Made by a program: the position numbers and the translations under genes. The notes under the pieces were generated by a model. The model was not told the origin of the DNA. It did not search any database and saw only the letters and a program-made list of their open reading frames with translations. Below are positions 50,693 through 60,683 of a DNA stretch of 64,000 nucleotides, one piece after another. Position 1 is the stretch's first letter. Each line of letters starts with the position of its first letter. Source of the stretch: Candidatus Omnitrophota bacterium. GTDB taxonomy: Bacteria > Omnitrophota > Gorgyraeia > JAHJTE01. The stretch lies in assembly GCA_040753675.1 (NCBI GenBank), contig JBFMEB010000003.1:1715-65714 (forward strand). The letters run 5' to 3'.

Positions 50693-52807
50693 ATGAAAGT
50701 ATCTTATAATTGGTTAAAAGATTTTGTCGAAATAAATGAGCCGGTCGAATCCCTGCGTCAGAAATTGACAATGGCAGGCGTGGAAGTTACTGACTGTCAG
50801 AAGAAGTCAGGAGATTCTGTGTTGGAAATAGAAATAACTTCAAACCGGCCTGATTGGTTAAGCCATATTGGGGTTGCTAGGGAGATTGCAGCAATAACAA
50901 AATCAAAAATCAAAAATCAAAAATTAAATATTAAAAATAAAGACCAAAAAAATAATCTTCTTGTGAAGATTACAATTGAAGACAAAAAAGATTGTCCACT
51001 ATATACAGGGATGATTATTGACAACATCTCTATTAATAAACCAGACCCAATAATAGCAGAGCGTCTGGCTATTCTTGGTTTACGGCCTATCAGCCCGATC
51101 GTTGATATTACAAACTACATTTTGCTTGAAACTGGCCAGCCCATGCATGCTTTTGATCTGGATAAAATTACTGCCAGGTCACCAAGTCACCAACTTGCCA
51201 AGTCACATGTAGAGATTAGTATACGTCGGGCAAAGCAGGAAGAAAAAATTATAACCATAGACAATGTTGAACGCACATTAAGCTCGGACATTTTGGTTAT
51301 CGCAGATTCGGATGGCCCGATTGCAATTGCTGGAGTTATGGGCGGCAAAGACACAGAAGTAGATAATTCTACAAAGAGAGTATTATTAGAAAGTGCATAT
51401 TTTGATCCGATAACTGTGAGAAGGAGCAGGCAAAAATTAGGAATAACCACTGAGTCTTCTTATAGATTTGAACGTTCAGTGCATATGCCTACTGTGTTAA
51501 AAGCGCAAGAACGCGCAGGTAATTTGATAAAAACAATTTCTCCCGGCGCTAACTTCTCAAAAATTTATTCTAACGGCTCTATTTCTAAAAGAGGAAAAAA
51601 TATAAGCCTGAAGTTGGATATTAATTCTTTAAACCAGACATTGGGGATAGATTTGGCTGGCAATGAAGTTGTGAGTATTTTAAAAAGGCTCCAATTTGGC
51701 ATTGGCCGCACATCCGGTGGCAAACGTTTAAAAGTAAATATCCCGGATTTTCGCTCTGATATAAATTTGCCAGAAGATATTTTTGAAGAAGTAGCCAGAA
51801 TATATGGCTATGATAATATACTGGTCAGTCTTCCTAAAATTTGCATGCAGGGACAAAAGAAGCCCGCAGCTGACATTGACGAAGTAACAGATCTTATTAA
51901 TAAGACGCTTTGTGCCTGCGGTTTTTTTGAGGTAATTACTTATAGTCTGATGAGTCGAGATAAGGTTACGATATGCCCAGATGAGTCAATAATACCAATA
52001 GCCAACCCTTTAAGCAAAGAACAAGAGATTTTGCGTCCCAGTTTATTGCCCGGGCTTTTAGAAGCAGCTGCGTATAACTTTAATCATTCACAGGATGATG
52101 TGAAAATTTTTGAAATGGGAGGGATTTTCGAGCATCTAAATAATAAGACAAAAGAAGGCTTAAACTTAGGTATCTTAAGTTGCGGTGAAAAAATCTGCGA
52201 TTGGCACAGGCAAGCAATATTAAAAGAAAAAAATGCGGTTAACTTTTTTGATTTAAAAGGGGTGGTAGAAAGTATTTTGTCAGAGTTGGGCATAGAGTAC
52301 GAAAAGGTTAGTTTTAGAGAAGGGGATTTGCCAATTTATGCGCCTGGAGAAACAGCTAATATTTTTATTAACGAAAAAGAAATTGGTTCGCTAGGGAAAG
52401 TAAACTCGCAATTATTAAATAAATGGGATATAAGAAAACAGAATTTGTTTGCGAGCTTAATTGACCTTGAGGCATTGCTTGAATTTGTAGATTTAAAAAA
52501 GAATTTCAAGAAATTTTCTTCTTTTCCGGCTGCAGAGCGCGATTTAAGTTTTATCATAAAAGAGAACATTAGCGTAAAAGAGATTAAGGAGGCAATTAAT
52601 AAAGAAGGCATAAAATTTTTAGAAAATATTTCACTATTCGACGAATACAAGGGGAAAAATATACCTAAAGGTTTTCGCAGTTTATCGTTTTCGTTTAAAT
52701 TCTCTGGCGAAAACCACACGTTAAAAGAGGAAGAGATAAATAATTCGCTAGCCAAGATTAAGACTACCTTAATGGATAAATTTTCTGTATCAATGCGCGA
52801 GAATTAA
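50693..52807 (+). CDS. pheT: phenylalanine--tRNA ligase beta subunit
   Basis: 704 aa with B3/B4, B5 and FDX-ACB domains. It contains an in-frame AT-repeat-encoded insertion (ITKSKIKNQKLNIKNKDQKNN). Confidence 0.9.
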   Translation: MKVSYNWLKDFVEINEPVESLRQKLTMAGVEVTDCQKKSGDSVLEIEITSNRPDWLSHIGVAREIAAITKSKIKNQKLNIKNKDQKNNLLVKITIEDKKDCPLYTGMIIDNISINKPDPIIAERLAILGLRPISPIVDITNYILLETGQPMHAFDLDKITARSPSHQLAKSHVEISIRRAKQEEKIITIDNVERTLSSDILVIADSDGPIAIAGVMGGKDTEVDNSTKRVLLESAYFDPITVRRSRQKLGITTESSYRFERSVHMPTVLKAQERAGNLIKTISPGANFSKIYSNGSISKRGKNISLKLDINSLNQTLGIDLAGNEVVSILKRLQFGIGRTSGGKRLKVNIPDFRSDINLPEDIFEEVARIYGYDNILVSLPKICMQGQKKPAADIDEVTDLINKTLCACGFFEVITYSLMSRDKVTICPDESIIPIANPLSKEQEILRPSLLPGLLEAAAYNFNHSQDDVKIFEMGGIFEHLNNKTKEGLNLGILSCGEKICDWHRQAILKEKNAVNFFDLKGVVESILSELGIEYEKVSFREGDLPIYAPGETANIFINEKEIGSLGKVNSQLLNKWDIRKQNLFASLIDLEALLEFVDLKKNFKKFSSFPAAERDLSFIIKENISVKEIKEAINKEGIKFLENISLFDEYKGKNIPKGFRSLSFSFKFSGENHTLKEEEINNSLAKIKTTLMDKFSVSMREN

Positions 52808-53026
52808 TTATCTTAAGCCCTTGCAATTTTGTTGTCGCTATGATATACTTACTCTGCGAATATAGCCCTGCAGTGTTCGTTGGATAGATTGGATATTTTT
52901 TGAACCAACACAATCTTAAAGGGAGCTCGACTTCATCTGTGCTTGCGGGCAGGATGAGAGGCGCCCACGTGTAACAACAACGGTTCAGATTGCCCTATCC
53001 GACGACACAAGCGGGGTTTTTTATTT

Positions 53027-53154
53027 GCCCCGTTAGAGATAGGTCGCCTAAAGGCGACCGTAAATAGAAAAGATAACCTTTTAATTAGAGCTTTATCTCT
53101 TTTAGTGGGTATAAATCTCTTTAGAATATTTTTTAGAGTACATCTCTAACGGGG
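53027..53154. repeat. TIR-bounded about 128 bp element X1 (CCCCGTTAGAGATAG ... ATCTCTAACGGGG) in the rarA leader
   Basis: 13-14 bp terminal inverted repeats with an internal hairpin ggtcgcc-taaa-ggcgacc right after the left end. A second copy lies at 55156..55282. Confidence 0.65.
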
Positions 53155-53165
53155 TGGAGTTACTT

Positions 53166-54533
53166 ATGAGAAATAGCCAGTCAAAAGACTTATTTTTAGA
53201 TACAGAACTTAGCAGCAATTTTGATAAAGACAGGCCGTTAGCTGTTCGTATGCGGCCAGTTAGTCTCGATGAGTTCGTAGGCCAAGAGCATATCTTGGCA
53301 AAGGGGCGCTTACTGCGTAGGTCTATTGAAGCAGACAGGCTGACCTCTGTTATTTTTTATGGCCCGCCCGGGACAGGTAAGACTTCCCTTGCCTATTGCA
53401 TAAGCAAGGTAACCCAGGCACATTTCGAACCGATTAACGCAGTTGATTCTAACGTAAAAGAATTGCGCAAGGTTACCCAGGCAGCAAAACTGCGCCGAAG
53501 AAACTCCGGTAAAAAAACTATCCTCTTCATAGATGAAATCCATCACTTCACAAAACCGCAGCAGGATGTTTTAAATCCTTTTGTTGAAGACCAGACAGTT
53601 ATCTTAATCGGCTCTACTGTTTTTAATCCTTTCTTTTCTCTAAACAGCGCTCTTTTATCCCGGTCATTAGTATTCAGTCTTAATCCTTTAACTGAAAAAG
53701 AGATAACTAAAATTATCCAGAGAGCACTCTCTGATAAGAAACGCGGATTAGGCGAATTAGATGTAGTTTTAGAAAAAGGTGCCCTTGATTTTATCTCTAA
53801 AATTTCAGAAGGTGATGCGCGCAGGGCGTTAAATGCGTTAGAGGTTGCAGTTCTTAGCACAGAAACTGATAAATATGGTAAAATTACTTTAACGCTTTCC
53901 ATAATGGAAGAGTCAATACAGAGAAAGGCAGTTGTTTACGACAGGGACGGCGATGCGCATTATGATTCAATCTCCGCATTTATAAAATCAATGCGTGGCT
54001 CTGACCCGGATGCAACTCTTTATTGGCTGGCAAAGATGTTATATGCAGGCGAGGACCCGCGTTTTATTGCCCGCAGAATCTTTATCTGCGCTGCAGAAGA
54101 CGTTGGCAATGCCCAACCTCAGGCGCTTATTTTAGCAAATGCAGCAGCCCAGGCAGTGGAGTTTATAGGTATGCCTGAAGCGAGGATTGCCTTGGCCCAG
54201 GCAGCAGTTTTTGTTGCCTGCTCGCCGAAATCAAATGCCTCTTATATGGGTATTGAAAAGGCGCTGGAAGATGTTAAATCAGATAGAACCATGGAGGTGC
54301 CTAAGCATCTGCGCGATGCAAACTATCCCGGAGCTAAAATATTAGGCCACGGAAAAGATTATAAATATGCTCACGACTATGAAAAACATTTTGTAGAGCA
54401 GGATTATATACCAGAAAAAAAACAATACTATGTTCCGACTGTTATGGGTTATGAGGCAAAGATAAAACAGTGGCTGGAGGAGTTAAAGAGGGAAGAGAAA
54501 GATGATAGTAAGCAAAAAAAAGCCGATATCTGA
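53166..54533 (+). CDS. rarA: replication-associated recombination protein A (RarA/MgsA AAA+ ATPase)
   Basis: Walker A GPPGTGKTS, Walker B ILFIDEIH and a C-terminal MgsA-specific domain. ATG 53166 is the likely start, because the track start is GTG 53154 inside the repeat. Confidence 0.85.
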   Translation: MRNSQSKDLFLDTELSSNFDKDRPLAVRMRPVSLDEFVGQEHILAKGRLLRRSIEADRLTSVIFYGPPGTGKTSLAYCISKVTQAHFEPINAVDSNVKELRKVTQAAKLRRRNSGKKTILFIDEIHHFTKPQQDVLNPFVEDQTVILIGSTVFNPFFSLNSALLSRSLVFSLNPLTEKEITKIIQRALSDKKRGLGELDVVLEKGALDFISKISEGDARRALNALEVAVLSTETDKYGKITLTLSIMEESIQRKAVVYDRDGDAHYDSISAFIKSMRGSDPDATLYWLAKMLYAGEDPRFIARRIFICAAEDVGNAQPQALILANAAAQAVEFIGMPEARIALAQAAVFVACSPKSNASYMGIEKALEDVKSDRTMEVPKHLRDANYPGAKILGHGKDYKYAHDYEKHFVEQDYIPEKKQYYVPTVMGYEAKIKQWLEELKREEKDDSKQKKADI

Positions 54534-55164
54534 TATTTTAAAGTCACTTCATAATTACAATAAGATATTTATTATTGGTTGCGGGACTTGTTCAACTACC
54601 TGCAAAAGCGGCGGAGAGGCGGAGGTTAATTGGATAAAAGACGAACTCATCAGGGCAGGCAAAACCGTTACCGGCTCAACAGTTATTGAATCACCTTGCA
54701 TTGCATCCCAGGTTAAGGTTGACTTTGCTAAAAATAGAAAATTGCTTAGCCAGTCTCAGGCAATTCTGGTAATGGCCTGCGGTTCAGGCGTGCAGTCAGT
54801 GCTTGAGAATGACAGATTGTCTTTAAGGGTTTTGCCCGGATGTGATACTCTCTTTGCTGCGGCAATCGACGCTAGTAACGCATTTCGTGAATATTGTTCT
54901 CATTGTGGCCAATGCGTGTTGGATATTACCGGCGGCATTTGCCCGGTTACTCGCTGCGCAAAAGGTCTTCTTAACGGGCCTTGCGGAGGAATGAATAAAG
55001 GCAAATGCGAAGTGGATAAAGACCAGGATTGCGCCTGGGTGCTTATTTATAAACAGGCAACTAAACAAAATAATCTCGAGGCTGTTAAGGCAATTCAGCC
55101 GCCAAAGGATCATTCAAAGACAATAAAACCGCATAAGCTTATATTGGAGAATAAACCCCGTTAG
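54502..55164 (+). CDS. Cys-rich protein resembling the methylenetetrahydrofolate reductase C-terminal (MetV-like) domain
   Basis: 220 aa with multiple Cys clusters (CGTCSTTC, CSHCGQC, CPVTRC, NGPCGG). The LNGPCGG motif is recalled from MTHFR_C-type proteins. Overlaps the rarA 3' end. Confidence 0.4.
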   Translation: MIVSKKKPISDILKSLHNYNKIFIIGCGTCSTTCKSGGEAEVNWIKDELIRAGKTVTGSTVIESPCIASQVKVDFAKNRKLLSQSQAILVMACGSGVQSVLENDRLSLRVLPGCDTLFAAAIDASNAFREYCSHCGQCVLDITGGICPVTRCAKGLLNGPCGGMNKGKCEVDKDQDCAWVLIYKQATKQNNLEAVKAIQPPKDHSKTIKPHKLILENKPR

Positions 55165-55282
55165 AGATAGTCCGCCAAATTTATTTAGCGGACGTAATGG
55201 GGTAGTATTTGGAATTAAACTTTTTCTTATAGAAGCGAATTAGATATTAAGAATATATTTTGTAACAAATCTCTAAACGGGG
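55156..55282. repeat. TIR-bounded about 127 bp element X2 upstream of iscU
   Basis: Same termini as X1 (ccccgttagagatag ... atctctaaacgggg). Internal hairpin gtccgc...gcggac. The stop codon of the preceding gene lies inside the left terminus. Confidence 0.65.
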
Positions 55283-55291
55283 TAAATAATC

Positions 55292-55702
55292 ATGCAGCCA
55301 TACAGCGATAAAGTTATGGATCATTTTTTGCACCCAAGGAATGTTGGAGAAATCTCAGATGCTGACGGCATAGGTAATGTAGGCAACCCAGTATGTGGTG
55401 ACGTCTTAAGATTGTATTTAAAAATAAAAGATGGCATTATTAGTGAAGCGAAATTTAAAACCTTTGGCTGTGGTGCTGCTATTGCAACCAGTTCAATGGT
55501 TACAGAGTTAGTGAAAGGCAAGACAGTTCAAGAGGCATTAAACATATCTAATAAGGCAGTTGCCGAGGCATTGGGCGGCTTGCCAAAGATTAAGATGCAT
55601 TGTTCGGTCTTGGCTGAAGAGGCGTTAAAAGCAGCAATAGAAGATTATCAAAAAAAGTTATCTCCAAATGAAAAAACAGACGCTAAGAAAAATAATGCGT
55701 AA
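55292..55702 (+). CDS. iscU: Fe-S cluster assembly scaffold protein IscU/NifU-like
   Basis: NPRNVG, GNPVCGD, FKTFGCGAAIATSS and HCSVLAEEAL motifs. Confidence 0.85.
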   Translation: MQPYSDKVMDHFLHPRNVGEISDADGIGNVGNPVCGDVLRLYLKIKDGIISEAKFKTFGCGAAIATSSMVTELVKGKTVQEALNISNKAVAEALGGLPKIKMHCSVLAEEALKAAIEDYQKKLSPNEKTDAKKNNA

Positions 55703-56216
55703 ACGTCTTAAAAATCAGAAGGAGGTTTATAGACGTAAAAAAAGTGGTATAATTAAAAATAAGTTATTTAAATTAAACGAATTCAAAAAAGCAAAGACAG
55801 TGATGCTTTATGCGTCATTTGATGGTGAGGTAGATACGTTTAAGATGATTAAAGGGGCTATTAAAGAAGGCAAAACAGTTATTTTGCCTGCTATAGCAAA
55901 GAGAAAGAAGAGATTGATTCCCCGGGCAATTGAGACACTTCGTGATTTAGAAAAAGGCCCATTCGGCATATTGGAGCCGAGAAAGGCTTGCTCGCGGGTT
56001 ATTAGTAAGAAGAATTTAGACTTAGTCATTGTTCCAGGCTTGGCTTTTGATAAGGAAAATTTTCGTTTAGGCAGAGGGCTTGGTTTTTATGACCGTTTTT
56101 TAGCCGGGCTGCCTAGAAAGACCCAGGCAATTGGGCTTTGTTTTGATTTCCAAATCGTCTCTTCAGTCCCTCGCTTTTCCTCTGATCTACCTGTCAGTAA
56201 AGTCATCAGCGCATAA
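55668..56216 (+). CDS. 5-formyltetrahydrofolate cyclo-ligase
   Basis: 182 aa with MTHFS-family motifs (YASFDGEVDT, ILEPR, LDLVIVPGLAFDKENFRLGRGLGFYDRFL). Confidence 0.7.
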   Translation: MKKQTLRKIMRKRLKNQKEVYRRKKSGIIKNKLFKLNEFKKAKTVMLYASFDGEVDTFKMIKGAIKEGKTVILPAIAKRKKRLIPRAIETLRDLEKGPFGILEPRKACSRVISKKNLDLVIVPGLAFDKENFRLGRGLGFYDRFLAGLPRKTQAIGLCFDFQIVSSVPRFSSDLPVSKVISA

Positions 56217-56327
56217 AAATTAGCTGCGCGCGCAAAGATAAATCCTTGCGCAAATTTCTAGTCAATAATATAATAACAATTTGACACTTTACTTAAGCTT
56301 TGGTGTCATCAGGAGGGAGGTTTATAA

Positions 56328-57899
56328 ATGTCAGGTGGCTCAAGTATATTAATGTTTTTAATCGGCCTGGCTGGAGTTGCCTTTAGTGTCTACGCAGGTT
56401 TTCTGATTGCAAATTATATATTAAAACGCAGATTAGCCCTGAATAAACAGAAGAGCCAGCAGATGTTAGAAGAGGCAAAACAGGAGGCAGAAAAGATTCG
56501 CAAAGATGCGCAGTTAGAGGCAAAAGACTTGCTATATCGGCTACGCATTGATTTTGAGAAAGAGACAAAAGACCGTCGGCAAGAATTAAGCAACATGGAA
56601 AAGCGTATGCTCTCCAAAGAAGAAAATATTGACCGGCGGGTGGAGTTGTTAGAAAGAAAAGAGAAAGAAGTTGAGTCTAAACAGAATGCAGTGCACAGCT
56701 TAGAAAACAATCTGCGCGTTAAAGAGCAGCACTTAGATGGCTTGGTCAAGGAAGAAAAAGAAAGATTGCAGAGGATTTCTTCCCTTACCCCGCAACAGGC
56801 AAGAGAGTTGTTGCTTTCCCGCTTGGAACAGGAATTAAGCAATGAAAAGGCGGTTTTGTTAAAAAATATGGAAGACCAAATAAAAGAAAACGCTGCAAAA
56901 AAAGCCCAGGAAATAGTTGCCTTGGCAATTCAGCGCAGCTGCGTAGAGCATACTACAGAATCTACGGTAAGTGTAGTTGCACTGCCTAATGATGAAATGA
57001 AAGGCAGGATAATAGGCAGAGAAGGCAGGAATATTCGGGCTTTTGAAATGGCTACTGGCATTGACGTAATTATTGATGATACGCCAGAGGCAGTGATTCT
57101 ATCCGGATTTGACGTAGTGCGCAGAGAAGTTGCGCGGGTTGCCTTGGAAAAATTAATCTCCGATGGCCGAATACACCCAGGCAGGATTGAAGAGATAGTT
57201 GAAAAAGCCAAAAAAGACATGGAGATTAATATTCGCGAAGAAGGAGAGAAAGCAGCTTTTGATATCGGCATTCACGGCCTTCATCCGGAGCTTATTAAAC
57301 TTTTGGGCCGATTAAAATATCGCACTAGTTTTGGTCAGAATGCCCTGCAGCATTCTAAAGAAGTGGCTTATCTTATGGGAGTGATGGCGTCGGAGTTGGG
57401 TGCAGATTTTAAGCTAAGCCGGCGCATAGGCCTGCTTCACGATATTGGGAAGGCAGTAGACCAGGATGTTGAAGGAACGCATGCAAAAATCGGAGCAGAA
57501 CTGGCAAAAAAATTCGGCGAATCCAATGAGGTGGTTAACGCCATTGCCGCCCATCATGAAGAAATAGAATTGAATTCATTTTATTCTGTTCTTTCTGCTG
57601 CGGCAGATGCTATCAGCGCTGCCAGGCCAGGCGCCCGGCGCGAAACTCTGGAGACTTACGTAAAACGTTTAGATAAACTTGAATCAATAGCCAATGTATT
57701 TCCTGGAGTAGAGAAAGCGTTTGCAATTCAGGCTGGCCGCGAGGTCAGGATTATTGTCCAGCCGGAGAAAATTACCGATGCAGAGGCGGTTAATCTTGCG
57801 CGCGATGTTCGTAAGAAGATAGAAGAAGGAATGGAATATCCCGGACAGATCAAAGTAACAGTTATCCGCGAGACCAGGGCGATAGAGATCGCTAAATAA
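56328..57899 (+). CDS. rny: ribonuclease Y
   Basis: N-terminal TM, a coiled coil, KH domain ([13 protein letters not shown]) and HD domain (LLHDIGKA). Confidence 0.9.
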   Translation: MSGGSSILMFLIGLAGVAFSVYAGFLIANYILKRRLALNKQKSQQMLEEAKQEAEKIRKDAQLEAKDLLYRLRIDFEKETKDRRQELSNMEKRMLSKEENIDRRVELLERKEKEVESKQNAVHSLENNLRVKEQHLDGLVKEEKERLQRISSLTPQQARELLLSRLEQELSNEKAVLLKNMEDQIKENAAKKAQEIVALAIQRSCVEHTTESTVSVVALPNDEMKGRIIGREGRNIRAFEMATGIDVIIDDTPEAVILSGFDVVRREVARVALEKLISDGRIHPGRIEEIVEKAKKDMEINIREEGEKAAFDIGIHGLHPELIKLLGRLKYRTSFGQNALQHSKEVAYLMGVMASELGADFKLSRRIGLLHDIGKAVDQDVEGTHAKIGAELAKKFGESNEVVNAIAAHHEEIELNSFYSVLSAAADAISAARPGARRETLETYVKRLDKLESIANVFPGVEKAFAIQAGREVRIIVQPEKITDAEAVNLARDVRKKIEEGMEYPGQIKVTVIRETRAIEIAK

Positions 57900-57902
57900 A
57901 TT

Positions 57903-57992
57903 TAAATATCAAATTGCAAAATGTAAAATGACAATGTAAAATTTTAAATTTTTATTTGTAATTTTGATATTTGATTTTTGATATTTGATTTT
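57903..57992. repeat. AT-rich AAAATGACAATG-core palindromic repeat (copy R5)
   Basis: atgtaaaatgacaatgtaaaat...ttttgatatttgatttttgatatttgatttt. Core at 57926..57937. Confidence 0.6.
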
Positions 57993-58763
57993 ATGAGAGT
58001 ACTATTTATAGGCGATATAGTAGGCAGGCCAGGCAGAGAGACAATTGCCAAGCTTCTACCAGGGCTAAAGAAAGAATTTAATCTGGATTTGATTTTAGCC
58101 AATGCTGAAAATGCTGCCGGGGGCTCCAGCATCACTGCCTCAGTTGCTAATGAATTATTTAGTGCTGGCGTTGATGCCTTAACCAGCGGCGACCATATCT
58201 TCAAAAAGAAAGAAGTTTTTGAGATTATTGCTCATCCTAGGATCTTGCGTCCGGCAAACTTTCCTGAAAATGTCCCTGGCAAAGGCCATATTTTAATAAA
58301 CAAAGACAGCAATAAAGTTTTAATTATAAACTTGCAGGGAAGGGTTTTTATGAGCCCTATAGATTGCCCCTTTAGGGTAGCGCGCAATATCTTAGCTGGT
58401 GTAGAGGATACCAAGATTATTATTGTGGATATGCATGCTGAGGCAACCAGCGAAAAGATAGCCCTTGGCTGGTTTTTAGATGGTAAGGTAAGCGCGATAT
58501 TCGGGACTCATACTCACGTTCAGACAGCGGATGAGTGTATTTTGCCCGAGGGGACTGCTTTTATAACTGATGTTGGCATGACCGGCTCTTGCGCTTCTGT
58601 TATTGGCAGAAAAAAAGAGCAGATTATCGAACGTTTCCTAAGCGGGATTCCAACCCGTTTCGAATTAGCCAAAGGCGATGAACAGTTGCAAGGTGCAGTA
58701 GTAGATATCGACGAGAAAACTGGTAAGGCAAGGTCGATTGAGAGAATAAAGCGCAAAGCATAG
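57993..58763 (+). CDS. ymdB: YmdB-like TIGR00282 metallophosphoesterase (2',3'-cyclic-nucleotide phosphodiesterase)
   Basis: MRVLFIGDIVGRPGR...ANAENAAGG...GDH motifs. Conserved position downstream of rny. Confidence 0.8.
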   Translation: MRVLFIGDIVGRPGRETIAKLLPGLKKEFNLDLILANAENAAGGSSITASVANELFSAGVDALTSGDHIFKKKEVFEIIAHPRILRPANFPENVPGKGHILINKDSNKVLIINLQGRVFMSPIDCPFRVARNILAGVEDTKIIIVDMHAEATSEKIALGWFLDGKVSAIFGTHTHVQTADECILPEGTAFITDVGMTGSCASVIGRKKEQIIERFLSGIPTRFELAKGDEQLQGAVVDIDEKTGKARSIERIKRKA

Positions 58764-58942
58764 TAAGACTCTAAACACCAAACTCTAAATCCTAAATAAA
58801 CCAAAAATCCAAATGTTTAAAATTAAAAGTTTTATTATCGGGACTATAAATTTAAGATTTTATGCTTTGAGTATTTGAGTTTGTTTAGAGTTTAGGGTTT
58901 TGAATTTAGGGTTTAAATGTATAATTTAAAGGAGGGTAGATT

Positions 58943-59317
58943 ATGTGGGATGGGATTAATCGTCGCCGGTTTCCCCGAGCTGATTATCCATGCCTAATTA
59001 AGATTCGAAAGAAGAAAGGCAAAGAAACCCTTGCGGCGAAAACCGAAAATCTTGGTTGCGGCGGCATCTGCGCTATCTTAGAGAAAGACTTAGGGCTGTT
59101 CTCAAGCGTGGATATAGAGCTTGACCTTCAAGACGGGGCAGCGCCAATTAAAGCCGAAGGCACTGTTGTTTGGGTAGTTAGGCGCCATGAGATTAAAAAA
59201 GACAGGGCTGGATATTTTGATACTGGTATAGAGTTCAAAGACTTAGACAGCAAGAATATTGAGAGGATTGAAAAGATAGTTGATAAATGCCTACAGACCG
59301 ATCAGACAAAAGGCTAA
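58943..59317 (+). CDS. PilZ domain protein (putative c-di-GMP receptor)
   Basis: 124 aa with RRRFPR (RxxxR) and NLGCGG (D/NxSxxG-like) motifs spaced as in PilZ. Confidence 0.5.
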   Translation: MWDGINRRRFPRADYPCLIKIRKKKGKETLAAKTENLGCGGICAILEKDLGLFSSVDIELDLQDGAAPIKAEGTVVWVVRRHEIKKDRAGYFDTGIEFKDLDSKNIERIEKIVDKCLQTDQTKG

Positions 59318-60474
59318 TTCTGACCGTCAGCCAGCTGACGAAAGATATAAAATTAATCTTAGAAAATTCACTGCCAGAAGTATGGGTAAGCGGTGAAATT
59401 TCCAATCTAAGCATTCCCGCCTCAGGCCACATCTATTTTACACTTAAAGATGAACTTGCTCAGATTAGGGCTGTGTTTTTTAAAGACCAGAATAGATTAT
59501 TAAAATTTCAACTTAAGGATGGAATGTCAGTTGTCTGTTTAGGCAGGATAGGCGTATATGAAAAAACAGGCAATTATCAGCTTTACCTTAAACTCATTGA
59601 GCCAAAAGGCATAGGTGCATTGAGTCTTGCCTTTGGACAGTTAAAAGAGAAACTTTCCAAAGAAGGTTTGTTTGATGAGGCGCGAAAAAAACCTATCCCT
59701 GCTTTTCCAAAACACCTTGCTTTTATTACTTCCAGAAGCGGTGCAGTAATTTCCGATATGCTAACTATCCTTAAACGCCGCGCCAGCCAGGTGGAAGTTA
59801 GCCTTTTTAGCGTTCAGGTCCAGGGAGAAGTTGCAGCAGAGCAAATTTCGCAAGCTATTAAATTAGCTGATAAATTTTATGAAGAATTCGATTGTTTAGT
59901 GCTTGCCCGGGGCGGAGGAAGTTTAGAAGATTTATGGCCATTTAATGAAGAGAAAGTGGCGCGTTCAGTTTTTAGTTGTCGCATTCCTACGGTTAGCGCG
60001 GTTGGCCATGAAATAGATTGGACCATATGCGATTTTGTTGCTGATATGCGCGCGCCTACACCCTCTGCTGCTATAGAAATGCTTATTCCCTCCAGAGAGG
60101 AATTGCGCAAATCCCTCCTTGATTTAATCAGGCGCTTAGAAAGATATATAGAGGATTTAGTCCCTCAAGCTAAACAGCGGCTGGACGAATTAACGATGGC
60201 ACTGTCGCTCAGCCTAAGACAAATGGTCGAGTTAAGAAATGAGAAAATCGTTGGCATATTAAATAGATTAAAATCTTTAAGCCCTTTGAATATTTTAGCA
60301 CGGGGTTATAGTGTCACCTTTGATAAAAACACAGGAAAAGTGATTAAGAATATTCAGGACATAAATATCGGGAGAGAAACTTTAACGCTTCTGGCAAAAG
60401 GAAGTTTTGAAAGCGCGGTAACTAAAATCCGAGAGAAAGGACTTGATAATGACAACAAAAAAGATCGATTTTGA
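59287..60474 (+). CDS. xseA: exodeoxyribonuclease VII large subunit
   Basis: 395 aa with an N-terminal OB fold and a catalytic central domain. The small subunit gene follows. Confidence 0.85.
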   Translation: MPTDRSDKRLILTVSQLTKDIKLILENSLPEVWVSGEISNLSIPASGHIYFTLKDELAQIRAVFFKDQNRLLKFQLKDGMSVVCLGRIGVYEKTGNYQLYLKLIEPKGIGALSLAFGQLKEKLSKEGLFDEARKKPIPAFPKHLAFITSRSGAVISDMLTILKRRASQVEVSLFSVQVQGEVAAEQISQAIKLADKFYEEFDCLVLARGGGSLEDLWPFNEEKVARSVFSCRIPTVSAVGHEIDWTICDFVADMRAPTPSAAIEMLIPSREELRKSLLDLIRRLERYIEDLVPQAKQRLDELTMALSLSLRQMVELRNEKIVGILNRLKSLSPLNILARGYSVTFDKNTGKVIKNIQDINIGRETLTLLAKGSFESAVTKIREKGLDNDNKKDRF

Positions 60475-60682
60475 AAAGGCACTACACCAACTCCAAACAA
60501 TAGTGGAAGAGTTAGAGACAGGCGAATTGCCCTTGGATGAGGCAATTAAAAAATTTAAAATCGGCTCTGCTTTAGCCAAACAATGTTTAGAGATGTTGGA
60601 CTCGATAAAAGTTAAAGTAGAAGAAGTGGTTGGCGAAGAAAAAGGAAAATTAAAAAGGAAGCCATTTAAGCCCGAAAACTAA
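60443..60682 (+). CDS. xseB: exodeoxyribonuclease VII small subunit
   Basis: 79 aa helical protein with FEKALHQLQTIVEELETGELPLDEAIKKF. Confidence 0.8.
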   Translation: MIMTTKKIDFEKALHQLQTIVEELETGELPLDEAIKKFKIGSALAKQCLEMLDSIKVKVEEVVGEEKGKLKRKPFKPEN

Positions 60683-60683
60683 A

